DNA of 39,319 bases from Candidatus Woesearchaeota archaeon (lineage in GTDB: Archaea; Nanobdellota; Nanobdellia; Woesearchaeales; CAZJJJ01): positions 1-39,319 of the forward strand of contig JBKHIF010000003.1 of the NCBI GenBank assembly GCA_046538795.1, given 5' to 3'. The stretch's first letter is position 1. Every line of letters begins with the position of its first letter. The notes beneath the pieces were generated by a model that saw only the letters and a list, made by a program, of their open reading frames with translations, did not search any database and was not told the origin of the DNA. This document shows positions 19,151-28,800 of this stretch, one piece after another. The position numbers and the translations under genes were made by a program.

Positions 19151-20022
19151 CGTAAATTTTTCATCTCCTTAAAATAATGTTTACTTTTTGATATATCATA
19201 TGTTCTTGTTTGCGTCAATAAATCCACACCATCAAGACTTATTATAGGTCTTATATTTAACAATCTGCAAAAATTCTGGTATAAGAATACAAATGCTCGC
19301 ATAAATTTTTCAGGTATTTTGATTCTGTTTATCTGAACATTATTTTGTTTTGCAATCATCTTGTAATAATCTTTAAACAGTATCTTTTTTCCTGCTATGA
19401 TAAATATTTCATCAGTAAATTTTTGCGCTTTAACCATTACTTCTGCAAGAATTTGCACATCAATTGGTTGTATGATATTATTTCCTTTGCCAATAATAAA
19501 AAACCAACCTTTTTTCATGGCCTCATGCAAAGATCTAAGATTTCGGTTGTATCTCCCAATAACAAGTCCTGACCTTATAATCACATAATTTCCGTAACTT
19601 TGCACAAGAAGTTCAGATTCTAATTTTGTCTTCTCATATATGTTTATAGGATTAAACTTGCTATTTTCATTAAAATTGTTACCAGGACCATGAACACCAG
19701 TAGTACTCAAAAAAATGATCTTTTGGTTATTTTTGCATTGTTCAATTACTTTTTTTGTAAGAAAATAATTGCTTTTCCAATAAACACTTTCATCCAGATT
19801 GAATTCATGAAGTTGTCCTGCAAGATGATATATAATTCTACATTTGGATAAATTTGATAAATCATAGGTCAATACAATACCTTGCTTTTTCAGAAAATCA
19901 CGATCTTTTTTTTTTGATTTTTTTCTTACAAGACAGAAAATTTTCAACCTTTTATTCTGAGAGAGAACTTTTACAAGATTCTTACCGATAAAACCAGTCG
20001 CACCAGTTATAAACACATTCAT
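19147..20022 (-). CDS. NAD-dependent epimerase/dehydratase (extended SDR)
   Basis: MNVFITGATGFIG, YHLAG, YEKTK (YxxxK); ATG 20022 preferred over the track start 20079. Confidence 0.92.
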   Translation of the reverse strand: MNVFITGATGFIGKNLVKVLSQNKRLKIFCLVRKKSKKKDRDFLKKQGIVLTYDLSNLSKCRIIYHLAGQLHEFNLDESVYWKSNYFLTKKVIEQCKNNQKIIFLSTTGVHGPGNNFNENSKFNPINIYEKTKLESELLVQSYGNYVIIRSGLVIGRYNRNLRSLHEAMKKGWFFIIGKGNNIIQPIDVQILAEVMVKAQKFTDEIFIIAGKKILFKDYYKMIAKQNNVQINRIKIPEKFMRAFVFLYQNFCRLLNIRPIISLDGVDLLTQTRTYDISKSKHYFKEMKNLR

Positions 20023-20181
20023 ATTAAACCAGTTTTCGGTTAAAATAGAAAGTATAAATAAATTTCGTAAAAAGATCAAAATGTAAATTCACGCAACATT
20101 TAATAAAAATAGTCTAATGAGAATACACTTATAATCTTATATTACAATAAATTTTATAAATTTGAAAGCTTGCTAAAAATC

Positions 20182-21717
20182 ATGCTTGAAAGTTTTCATC
20201 AATTCCTCATAAATTATAATTTCTATATACTCTTAGGTCATCTTATATTAATTATTACATTATCAGCAATTAATTCCAAATACATAATAAAACTTTTTAG
20301 TCAGATCAAAAAAAAAACATGGATCATTCTTTCTATCATCCTCATAATTTTCTTTACAACAATGGTGGTATTCAACCACTCTCCATATTGGTCTAATGAA
20401 CCACAATGGTGGCACATGATCAATGCGAAATCATTTGCACAATATCAAAGAGCATATCATATCAATGAACCTCATGGACATGCGTTCCTTTTATCACTAG
20501 GTTACTTTATCGGTGGCATAAACAATACAACAACCTATGTTGTCAATTCAATTATAGCCACTATGACTGTGTTCGTTATTTTTCTTCTGACATACACCTT
20601 ATTCAAAAATCAATCCATTGCTCTTATATCCGCATTATTCATGGGAATAATGCCAAGACACATCTTTTTTTCTGGCACAGGAGAAAATGAGGTCTCATCA
20701 ATATTTTTTGTAATGCTTTTTTTGCTTTTTACATTTATCGTTTTTTCAGAAAGAAAAAAGAACCTATATATTTTATCATTGATAACTCTTGCTTATGCCA
20801 TGCAGATACGTATAGAAAACAGCGTATTTATTCTGATATTCATGGGATTAGGAATATTTGATATATATAACTCTACAAAACGAAAAGATATTGTTAAAAA
20901 ATTAGGAATCAGTCTTCTTATTTTTATAATAATTATATCCCCTCTTTCATACTGGATACTCAACTATGGCGCTACAAGGTTCATGATCTGGAACGTCCTT
21001 AAAATCGAATCTTTCAAGCCAGATCCAATTAAAGGAAAAGAAGAACACTATCCAGAATATTATAAAAATGTGCTTTCAGGAAACATCAAAAATTTCTCAT
21101 CATGGTTTTTTAAGCCTTCTGTTCATAATCCATTTATATTAGCATTATTTTTCTTATCTTTCTTATTCATAAAAGAATACAAAATAGAAATGATAATTCT
21201 TTATTCATTGATCGCAATCTATGCATTAATATATATACTATACTATACTGGTTATTTTTTCAGATATATAGTTTATTTCAACGCACCCATAGCAATCATA
21301 TCTGCATTTTCTCTTGTAAAGCTAACAAGACTTATCAAATCAAAATTTCAAAAACATTTTCTTGCAACTTTGCTAGGAATCATATTAGTAAGTTCAGGAG
21401 TTTTTGGCTATGACATGCTTAAAAACCATCCGATTGATACCCAGGAATGGTTTGAAATTGATTATATAACTTTTTCCAACGAAGATTATGTTACATGTAT
21501 GAAGTATGCGTCATTATTTCAATATGGTAAATGGCCTAGATTAACAGAGAACAAAACACAATATTTCATATATACTGACCATGAAAATAATCATCCTGAA
21601 TGTCCTTTCTACAGAAAAGATATCAACAAGTCATTTGATATGAAGGTTATAGAAGAAAAAGAAACCATAATCCTTTACGAAATAACACCAAAAAATCTTA
21701 CATCCGTGGTCTCTTGA
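20182..21717 (+). CDS. GT-C fold membrane glycosyltransferase (ArnT/PMT_2-like)
   Basis: Many hydrophobic segments, NEP after the early TM helices, IRIEN and FRY motifs, soluble C-terminal tail. Confidence 0.7.
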   Translation: MLESFHQFLINYNFYILLGHLILIITLSAINSKYIIKLFSQIKKKTWIILSIILIIFFTTMVVFNHSPYWSNEPQWWHMINAKSFAQYQRAYHINEPHGHAFLLSLGYFIGGINNTTTYVVNSIIATMTVFVIFLLTYTLFKNQSIALISALFMGIMPRHIFFSGTGENEVSSIFFVMLFLLFTFIVFSERKKNLYILSLITLAYAMQIRIENSVFILIFMGLGIFDIYNSTKRKDIVKKLGISLLIFIIIISPLSYWILNYGATRFMIWNVLKIESFKPDPIKGKEEHYPEYYKNVLSGNIKNFSSWFFKPSVHNPFILALFFLSFLFIKEYKIEMIILYSLIAIYALIYILYYTGYFFRYIVYFNAPIAIISAFSLVKLTRLIKSKFQKHFLATLLGIILVSSGVFGYDMLKNHPIDTQEWFEIDYITFSNEDYVTCMKYASLFQYGKWPRLTENKTQYFIYTDHENNHPECPFYRKDINKSFDMKVIEEKETIILYEITPKNLTSVVS

Positions 21718-22411
21718 TACGCTCATCTAGTTTTTTCTTGAACTTATCAAATGCTTTTCCAAGGCTTTTCCTATGATCCTCAAGATTTTCTTTGAGCACA
21801 GTCGAGATATCTTTCTTGGCACTTTTTACATTTTTCTCTATAATAGAACTCCAGTCCCAGCGCCAGGCAGCAGTATCACCAATAGGATTTCCATACCTTC
21901 CAAGCCCGATAACTCTTTCAAGAGGCTGTATTTGCTTTTTCTTTGGAATTTCATCCGGAAATCCAAGGGTTATTATCGCTTGTGCCCTTGCAGATTCAGG
22001 TATTGAACAAATAGATGAAATTCTTCTTTCGTCAAATGCACCTACCCAGCAGGTTCCAAGCTCAAGTTCTTCTGCTGCAAGCATGAGATTTTCTATAGCT
22101 GCAGCACAGTTCTGTATAGAATAAAGCTTTTCTCCCCTTATACCATAGAATTTAGAATTCTTGTCTTCATCAGCCACAACAACTATAATGGCAGGAGCTT
22201 CAGCGACCCAGTATTGTTCAGAACAACTTTCAGCAATAGCCTCTTTTTGGCCCTTTTCTTTGACAATCACAAACTTCCATGATTGCAAATCTCCTGAAGA
22301 AGGAGCATATTGTGCAGCTTCAATAACTGCCCCTATAAGATCAAGAGGAACATCAGTATCTTTGTATTTTCTTATACTTCTCCTGTTCTTTATTGCGTTT
22401 AAGACATCCAT
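21698..22411 (-). CDS. Nitroreductase family protein
   Basis: RRSIRKY, APSSGDLQSWKFVIV, ENLMLAAEELELGTCWVG. Confidence 0.95.
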   Translation of the reverse strand: MDVLNAIKNRRSIRKYKDTDVPLDLIGAVIEAAQYAPSSGDLQSWKFVIVKEKGQKEAIAESCSEQYWVAEAPAIIVVVADEDKNSKFYGIRGEKLYSIQNCAAAIENLMLAAEELELGTCWVGAFDERRISSICSIPESARAQAIITLGFPDEIPKKKQIQPLERVIGLGRYGNPIGDTAAWRWDWSSIIEKNVKSAKKDISTVLKENLEDHRKSLGKAFDKFKKKLDERIKRPRM

Positions 22412-22479
22412 TACAAGAATTAATATCTCTGTTTTGTATTTAAAATTAACTGAAAAAATAAAGAAATAATATGATTAGA

Positions 22480-23937
22480 TCAGAATCCAAATGACCCTAT
22501 GCTTTTTTCAAAGATTTTTGTATTTCCGTCAAGATACTGGAATGAACCATCTTCAAAATCCACAGTTATTTCAGTTCCGGGTTCAATATTTTCTCCAAAC
22601 TCAAACTCCATTGAAACATCCTCAACAAGCTTATCAAGATTTTTAATAATATTTCTTGCCCCAAACTTATCAGGATTTCCTGCTGAAATTATTGCATCTC
22701 TTGCCTTTTGTGTCGGATACAATGAAAAAGATTTTAGCTTGGCATTATTATCGATCACATTTTTTTCAAATATCATATCAAGACTTTCTTTTTCAAGAGG
22801 CGCATAAGGAACAAATTTATCTATACGACCTAGAAGAGCTTCATTAATTCCTTTTTGCCTCAATATTTCTTTTATCCTATCTGATTCCAGATTTTCCCTT
22901 GATTTATCTCTACCTGTCTGGAATCCAACTGTCCGACCCATACTGTTGTCTTCTAGTTGATTTCCTTCATTGCTTGTGAAATATACAAAACCCTTCATAG
23001 GAAATTGATTCCCATTAGTATCTGTTACAAAACCATCGTCAAGAAATCCTCTTAAAGATTCAAAAACAGACCTGTGGACAAGACCAATCTCATCAAAAAG
23101 AAGCATTGCCTGGGGATGTTCTTTCAAACTATTGACTAAATTTCCACCATCATCATAACCAACATAACCCTGAGAACTTCCAAAAAGCCTGTTTACAGCA
23201 GTTCGGTCTCTCAACTCAGAACCCTGAAAATATATCAAGGGAATCCCTAAAATATTAGATGCAGCACGCACAGATGATGTTTTTCCAATACCAGAACCAC
23301 CAAAAAGATAGTTTGAAACAATACCGTTTTTAGGCCATCCCATATGCTTGACACGGATCATCGGTTTTAAAAAATGTGTAAGGGCATAATCCTGAGATAT
23401 TACTTCTTTGCCAAGTTCTTCTTTTAATGCAGGAAAATCAAGTTCTGAAATTAATCTCTCAATATCAATTGTTTCAGTTTCTTCAAGATCTTCTGCCTTT
23501 TGCTCTTTTTGGGCTTCTTCTTTCTTTTTTACAATCTTGGCTCTTGCATCTTCACTTAGATATCCTTTACGAAGCTCAGAAAAAACAGTTTCATATCTAA
23601 GATCATTATTAACATGGATAATTTCCTGATATATATCAACTAAATCATTATATGGCAACGATTGAAGTTTTTCGTAATTAACAGTTGGACAAGCAAAATT
23701 AACCAACCTTGGGATATATCTTGATTTATCCTGACTTTCTTCCTGATTGATTACATTAAGAATGAAGTAATCTCTTGCGTCATCGTTTAATTTAGCTATT
23801 GATACTGAGTATTTTCCACAACTTAGTTCTACAGGTATTTTTTCAAGAGTACCCATCTCCTGAGAAAACCTTTTTTCAGAAAAATTATCAAAATTATCGT
23901 TGCTATAAATGTCCTTTCCAGAATGACTTCCACCCAT
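22480..23937 (-). CDS. Clp/Hsp100-like ATPase with a single (D2-type) AAA+ module
   Basis: VISQD, Walker A GGSGIGKT, RLFGSSQGYVGYDDGG pore loop, Walker B LLFDEI, TSN, LLGRID, FGARNI. Confidence 0.88.
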   Translation of the reverse strand: MGGSHSGKDIYSNDNFDNFSEKRFSQEMGTLEKIPVELSCGKYSVSIAKLNDDARDYFILNVINQEESQDKSRYIPRLVNFACPTVNYEKLQSLPYNDLVDIYQEIIHVNNDLRYETVFSELRKGYLSEDARAKIVKKKEEAQKEQKAEDLEETETIDIERLISELDFPALKEELGKEVISQDYALTHFLKPMIRVKHMGWPKNGIVSNYLFGGSGIGKTSSVRAASNILGIPLIYFQGSELRDRTAVNRLFGSSQGYVGYDDGGNLVNSLKEHPQAMLLFDEIGLVHRSVFESLRGFLDDGFVTDTNGNQFPMKGFVYFTSNEGNQLEDNSMGRTVGFQTGRDKSRENLESDRIKEILRQKGINEALLGRIDKFVPYAPLEKESLDMIFEKNVIDNNAKLKSFSLYPTQKARDAIISAGNPDKFGARNIIKNLDKLVEDVSMEFEFGENIEPGTEITVDFEDGSFQYLDGNTKIFEKSIGSFGF

Positions 23938-24094
23938 TTATCATCACCACTGCTATCTTTATTAAAAAATTAAGAAAAAATTATTTTTAAATATTCCCAG
24001 AAAGGTTTTAATATAATTTGAAATTTCTTTATTTTAGCACAAAATTATCTGTTTCTTAGAAATATTTTAAAAATCATGAATATTAGCCCTCATC

Positions 24095-24769
24095 ATGGAA
24101 AGAATATATGAACTTATCGAGGAATTTGAAGCTTCCAAAGATAACAAGAGAAAACGTTTTGCTATCAATAAAGAAATGATAAGATTGGCTAAAAACGGCG
24201 AAATTTCAGATCTGGTCTTAGGTTCTGCGATAGTTACTTATGGTTTTGATTTTCAAAAAGGAAAAAAAGATATCGGAAAATTGGTCAATCTTCTTAACGA
24301 TAATCCATACCAGCTCGCTGAATATGATTATATTGAACCATCTTTAAGATCAAATGAATCTTCAAGAAGAATAAAAGAAATAGGATTATTATCTGATTGT
24401 CCTATTACAATTGATCCAGATAATAATTATAGATTAACAATAAATTTCCAGGATATTGTATTGAGAATTTTTTCTTCAAAATATATCCAAGGTATATATT
24501 CGTCTGACAAAAACAGGACACAACCGCCAGGTTTTGTAAAATATGAAAACAAAAGCACATCTTTATCAGGAAAACCACGCCTAAGATTCTCAAAAGATGA
24601 CAGTTCTGTCGAACTCAAGAACAAAATGGGACGATTAAATTATTCTGATTTTATCTATTTGGGATATGAGATAGTTCTTCAGAAACTAGGAATAAATGAG
24701 TTCAGATCGATGTCAGATATTGAAAATTATATTGAAAAAACTGATCTAAACAGGCTTTTTATAAAATAA
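24095..24769 (+). CDS. Hypothetical protein
   Basis: 224-aa ORF filling the intergenic gap, upstream TTTTAAAA; no motif recognised. Confidence 0.7.
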   Translation: MERIYELIEEFEASKDNKRKRFAINKEMIRLAKNGEISDLVLGSAIVTYGFDFQKGKKDIGKLVNLLNDNPYQLAEYDYIEPSLRSNESSRRIKEIGLLSDCPITIDPDNNYRLTINFQDIVLRIFSSKYIQGIYSSDKNRTQPPGFVKYENKSTSLSGKPRLRFSKDDSSVELKNKMGRLNYSDFIYLGYEIVLQKLGINEFRSMSDIENYIEKTDLNRLFIK

Positions 24770-24834
24770 GATTATTTAGATTCTGTTTTGTTTAAACAAC
24801 AATCTTTTTAAATTTGTAGAAGTTATTAGCTTTG

Positions 24835-26586
24835 ATGGATTATTCAGAACTTGCAGATCATTATGAAAAGATAGAAAATACTTCTAAACGACTTGAAAAG
24901 ACTGCTCTTATTGCCGATATTCTTAAAAAGACTTCCAAAGATGACAAAAAAAGGATTGTTCTTCTGCTTCAGGGAAGGGTTTTTCCTGAATGGGACGAAA
25001 GAAAGATAGGAATAGCATCAAGGCTTGTCATAAAAGCTCTTAATAAATCAACCGGATCATCTTCTCAGGAAATCGAAAAAGAGTGGAAAGACACAGGAGA
25101 TCTGGGTGAAACTGCAGAAAATCTTGTGTCTAAAAAAAAGCAGTCAACATTGTTTTCATCAAAATTAACTGTTAAAAAGGTATTTGAAAATATTAAGAAT
25201 CTTGCTTTGATGGAAGGAAAAGGAAGCATCGACCAAAAAATGCATCTGATCTCTGAACTTCTTACGTCTGCAAAACCCAAAGAAGCAAAATATATAGTGC
25301 GGACTCTTCTCGAAGAATTGAGAGTAGGGGCATCAAAAGGAACATTAAGAGATTCTATAATCAAAGCATTTTTTGAAGATGTATATGAGAACAGGGATTC
25401 TGATGATACGAAAAAAGAAGAGTTCAAAAAGATAACAGCAAGTGTTCAGAGAGCATATGATCTTACAAATGATTTTTCAGAAGTCGTAGATATAGTTGAA
25501 GAAAGCGGAATTTCAGGACTTGATTCTGTTTCTCTTAAAGTAAACAAGCCAGTTAATCCTATGCTTTTTCCAAAAGCTGTAGATATTGAAGATGGTTTCA
25601 GAATTGTCGGAAAACCTGCAATAATAGAATATAAGTATGATGGTTTCAGGGTACAGATACATAAGGATGAAGATAATGTCGAGTTATATACAAGAAGGCT
25701 TGAAAATGTTACAAATCAGTTTCCTGATGTTGTGGAAAGTATCAAAAAGCAAGTAAAAGCCAAAAAATGCATACTTGATTCAGAGGTTCTTGGAATCAAC
25801 TATGAGACAGGTGACAAGCTTCCTTTCCAGAATATTTCTCAAAGGATCAGAAGAAAATACAATATAGAAGATATGGTCAAAAGAATTCCTGTAGTAATTG
25901 TCATATTTGACATCATGAGACTGGAAGAAGAAAGCCTATTAGAGAATGATTTTTCTAAAAGAAGAGATATTCTTGAAAAGACAATCAATGTAAAAAAAAA
26001 TGAGATTGAACTTTCAGAGAAGATAACCACAGAGGATCTTGATGAGGCAAATAAGTTCTACCAAAAATCTCTTCTTTTGGGAAACGAGGGCATTATGATG
26101 AAATCTCTTTCGAAAGGATATAAGCCTGGTGCAAGGATAGGATATGCAGTAAAAGTAAAGCCGGTTCTTGAGCCTCTTGATCTTGTGATAACAAAGGCAG
26201 AATGGGGAAGGGGAAAAAGGACAGGATGGGTTACAAGTTTCACAGTTTCGTGCAGAGATGAAGACAACAACCTTATGGAGATGGGAAAGGTAGGAACCGG
26301 TGTAAAAGAACTTGAAAACCCTGATTCAAAAGAAGAATTCCTGACTTTCAAGCGATTCACAGATATTCTTACTCCGTTAATCATAAAGGAGGATGGTCCG
26401 ACAATAACAGTAAAACCCGAGATAGTAGTCGAGGTTGATTATGAGGAGATTCAAAAATCGACAAACTATGGTTCAGGTTATGCATTAAGATTTCCAAGGA
26501 TAAAGAGGATAAGAGAAGATCTTAAAGAGCCATGCTCAATAAGAGATGTTGAGAGAATATACAGAGAACAAAGAGGTAGGGGATAA
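24835..26586 (+). CDS. lig: ATP-dependent DNA ligase
   Basis: EYKYDGFRVQIH, DSE, EGIMMK, LDLVIT, ALRFPRI; archaeal N-terminal DNA-binding domain. Confidence 0.97.
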   Translation: MDYSELADHYEKIENTSKRLEKTALIADILKKTSKDDKKRIVLLLQGRVFPEWDERKIGIASRLVIKALNKSTGSSSQEIEKEWKDTGDLGETAENLVSKKKQSTLFSSKLTVKKVFENIKNLALMEGKGSIDQKMHLISELLTSAKPKEAKYIVRTLLEELRVGASKGTLRDSIIKAFFEDVYENRDSDDTKKEEFKKITASVQRAYDLTNDFSEVVDIVEESGISGLDSVSLKVNKPVNPMLFPKAVDIEDGFRIVGKPAIIEYKYDGFRVQIHKDEDNVELYTRRLENVTNQFPDVVESIKKQVKAKKCILDSEVLGINYETGDKLPFQNISQRIRRKYNIEDMVKRIPVVIVIFDIMRLEEESLLENDFSKRRDILEKTINVKKNEIELSEKITTEDLDEANKFYQKSLLLGNEGIMMKSLSKGYKPGARIGYAVKVKPVLEPLDLVITKAEWGRGKRTGWVTSFTVSCRDEDNNLMEMGKVGTGVKELENPDSKEEFLTFKRFTDILTPLIIKEDGPTITVKPEIVVEVDYEEIQKSTNYGSGYALRFPRIKRIREDLKEPCSIRDVERIYREQRGRG

Positions 26587-27353
26587 TGCTTTACTTAATA
26601 GGCCTGGGATTGGGAGATGAAAAAGACATATCAGTAAAAGGTCTTGAGATTGTGAGAAAATGCAATTCTGTATATCTTGAAGATTACACTTCAAGGCTCC
26701 TTAACACCACAAAGAACAAGATGGAGCGCTTGTACGGCAAAGATATTATTCTTGCAAGCAGGAAGCTTGTTGAGCAGTATCCAGAAGACACTATATTAAA
26801 AGAAGCTAAGAAAGAAGATGTAGCATTGTTAGTTGTTGGTGATCCTTTTGGTGCGACAACGCATTCAGACATATTCTTAAGAGCAAAGAACATGGGAGTC
26901 AAATGCAAGATAATACACAATGCTTCTATCATTAATGCAATAGGTGTAGCAGGGCTTGAACTGTACAAGTATGGAAAGACGACAAGCATCCCTTTTCCAA
27001 TGAAGTCTTTTTTTCCTGAAACAGCTTATGATGTGATAAAGCAAAACAATAAAAATAAGCTTCACACATTATGCCTTCTTGATATCAAGGCTCCTGAAAA
27101 CAAGTTTATGACAGTCAACCAGGCAATTGAAGTACTTCTTGACATAGAGAAGAAAAGAAAAGAAAAAGTCTTTACAAGAAAGACCATCTGCATAGGTTGT
27201 TCAAGAATAGGTTCTGATGATGTAAGAATAAAGAAAGGGACTGCACAAGAGCTTCTAAATGAGAATTTCGGAGCACCGCTTCATTCTCTTATTGTCCCAG
27301 GAGAGCTTCATTTTATAGAAGAGGATATGCTTGATATGTGGAGTTCACATTAA
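26586..27353 (+). CDS. dph5: Diphthine synthase
   Basis: MLYLIGLGL, YTS, VGDPFGATTH, GLELYKYGKTTSIP, HTLCLLDI; TAATG coupling with lig. Confidence 0.97.
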   Translation: MLYLIGLGLGDEKDISVKGLEIVRKCNSVYLEDYTSRLLNTTKNKMERLYGKDIILASRKLVEQYPEDTILKEAKKEDVALLVVGDPFGATTHSDIFLRAKNMGVKCKIIHNASIINAIGVAGLELYKYGKTTSIPFPMKSFFPETAYDVIKQNNKNKLHTLCLLDIKAPENKFMTVNQAIEVLLDIEKKRKEKVFTRKTICIGCSRIGSDDVRIKKGTAQELLNENFGAPLHSLIVPGELHFIEEDMLDMWSSH

Positions 27354-27467
27354 ATATCTGATTTGTTCAACAATAAATGCTGTATTTATGATTTCTATGT
27401 TTTTGAAATTCAATGTTGAATCAATAAATCCAGCGCAAAGCAGGATATGCCATCAAAAATCAAGTAT

Positions 27468-27806
27468 TTAGGAATTAAAATTGCCGGAAACTATTCCAGA
27501 ATAATTATCTGAATTAAATATCTCAGATATGTAATATAGCTTTTCTCCTGTAGGATCTTCCTGATAATATTTGGGTTTAAGCTCTTTTATTAATTCTATA
27601 AGAACCTCTTTTTCAAGACCTGAAACCTGTACTTTTTTGCCTGATCTAAAAAAGTTGACATAACCTCCATCTTCAAGCCAATACCTGCCATCCTGCTTAT
27701 CCTGATAGCCGTAGGATTCTGCAAGTTTTATAGCTCTTTCAAAATCTTCCTCTGGAAATGGTACTTTTTCCATCAGTTCTACATCTTTAATAAGATATTT
27801 TGCCAT
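27468..27806 (-). CDS. Hypothetical protein
   Basis: ORF from ATG 27806 with TTTATAAA about 25 nt upstream; no motif recognised. Confidence 0.6.
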   Translation of the reverse strand: MAKYLIKDVELMEKVPFPEEDFERAIKLAESYGYQDKQDGRYWLEDGGYVNFFRSGKKVQVSGLEKEVLIELIKELKPKYYQEDPTGEKLYYISEIFNSDNYSGIVSGNFNS

Positions 27807-27863
27807 CTTGAGACGACAAATCACTTCAATTTTATAAATTAGAGGTTAAAGTAGAGCCAGTTA

Positions 27864-27878
27864 AGAAACATTTATAAA
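27864..27878 (+). promoter_or_regulatory. BRE-TATA promoter of tRNA-Gln(TTG)
   Basis: AGAAACA-TTTATAAA about 30 nt before the tRNA. Confidence 0.7.
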
Positions 27879-27906
27879 GCAAATAGGATTTTTCAGGTTC
27901 ATCTTT

Positions 27907-27997
27907 AGCCCTGTAGTGTAGAGGCCAATCATCCAGCACTTTGGACAATTGTTTTGGAGGAAATGCTGGGACCCAGGTTCAAATCCTGGCAGGGCTA
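27907..27997 (+). tRNA. tRNA-Gln(TTG) with 18-nt intron at 37/38 (27945-27962)
   Basis: Acceptor AGCCCTG/CAGGGCT (A1-U72, typical of archaeal Gln), anticodon stem CAGCA/TGCTG, TTG at 27941-27943, T-arm CCAGG-TTCAAAT-CCTGG, relaxed BHB (CTTT/GAGG, CAA/TTG); no encoded CCA. Confidence 0.95.
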
Positions 27998-28183
27998 TTT
28001 CATATCCGATGCCAGTATTTGAACATCGGCAGAGAACAAGTTCTCTTTGAGTTCATCATCAAAGATAATGAACAATCCTGGCAGGGCTATTTCATATCCG
28101 ATGCCAGTATTTGAACATCGGCAGAGAACAAGTTCTCTTTGAGTTCATCATCAAAGATAATGAACAATCCTGGCAGGGCTATT
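27982..28183 (+). repeat. 92-bp tandem repeat (2 exact units plus 18 bp) starting inside the tRNA T-loop
   Basis: AATCCTGGCAGGGCTATT occurs at 27982, 28074 and 28166 with identical sequence between copies. Confidence 0.95.
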
Positions 28184-28243
28184 GCCTTTCTTTATAATGA
28201 AAGGGTTCACGGTTTGGATTCTCTGCGATGGGAGGAGAAAAAA

Positions 28244-28537
28244 ATGAAAACCGAAATCGTAAAAGAACCAAAAGAAAGAACAGACAGTACAGGCAGAAGA
28301 TGGATTCAAGACCATGAAGAAACATATGACAAAGCAATTTCTAAGTACAAAGAGGCATCCAAAAGCCCTAACAAGAGTTTGATAGTACAATACCTTCAAG
28401 ACATAAGACTTGGCGATAGGTATGCGAAGAGAGCCAAAAAAGCCGTAACTAAAAGCAGAGCACTGCGAATCTTTGGAGTTTTACAAAACATTGATCTTTA
28501 GCTCAAGCAAAAACCATCACAACTACAGAAGGCATAG
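28244..28537 (+). pseudogene. Probable N-terminal remnant of an archaeal tyrosine integrase
   Basis: GGAGG SD and ATG 28244. IQDHEETYDKAI..SPNKSLIVQYLQDIRLG..VTKSRALRIFGVLQNIDL*LKQ resembles, from memory, DPANN integrase N-termini. Stop at 28499; no catalytic domain follows. Confidence 0.5.
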
Positions 28538-28539
28538 TT

Positions 28540-28800
28540 TTGCCTGGTGAAACTTACAAGGAAGGAAAAATCAAAAATATTGATTATATGGAAAAAAGAA
28601 AAACAGAACCTGAAGAGGAAAAAGAGAACTACTTGAAAAGCATCATGGTATATGGAAAAGCGCTTTTCGGAGAAAATTTTGATGAATCAGATATAGAGCA
28701 CATAGCAAAAGAAGAGTCAAAAAGAGTTCCAGAAACATTTGAGCCGACAATTTTAGGAAGGCAATTATTGTTTCTCAGAAAACATCGAAATATTTCCTGA
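28540..28800 (+). CDS. Small hypothetical protein
   Basis: 86-aa ORF with TTG start (ATG alternative at 28588); no motif recognised. Confidence 0.4.
   Translation: MPGETYKEGKIKNIDYMEKRKTEPEEEKENYLKSIMVYGKALFGENFDESDIEHIAKEESKRVPETFEPTILGRQLLFLRKHRNIS

Noticed and set aside
27982-28183. CRISPR array
   Set aside because: The intervening sequences are identical, the repeat is a tRNA 3' end, and no cas genes are present.
28139-28243. N-terminal extension of track ORF 28139-28501
   Set aside because: It is translated repeat sequence; ATG 28244 has a GGAGG SD.
9612-28501. Stop-codon reassignment to Trp (stops at Trp-like positions in two fragments)
   Set aside because: Both TAG and TGA are involved, both end ordinary genes here, and intact genes use TGG; G-to-A decay is simpler.
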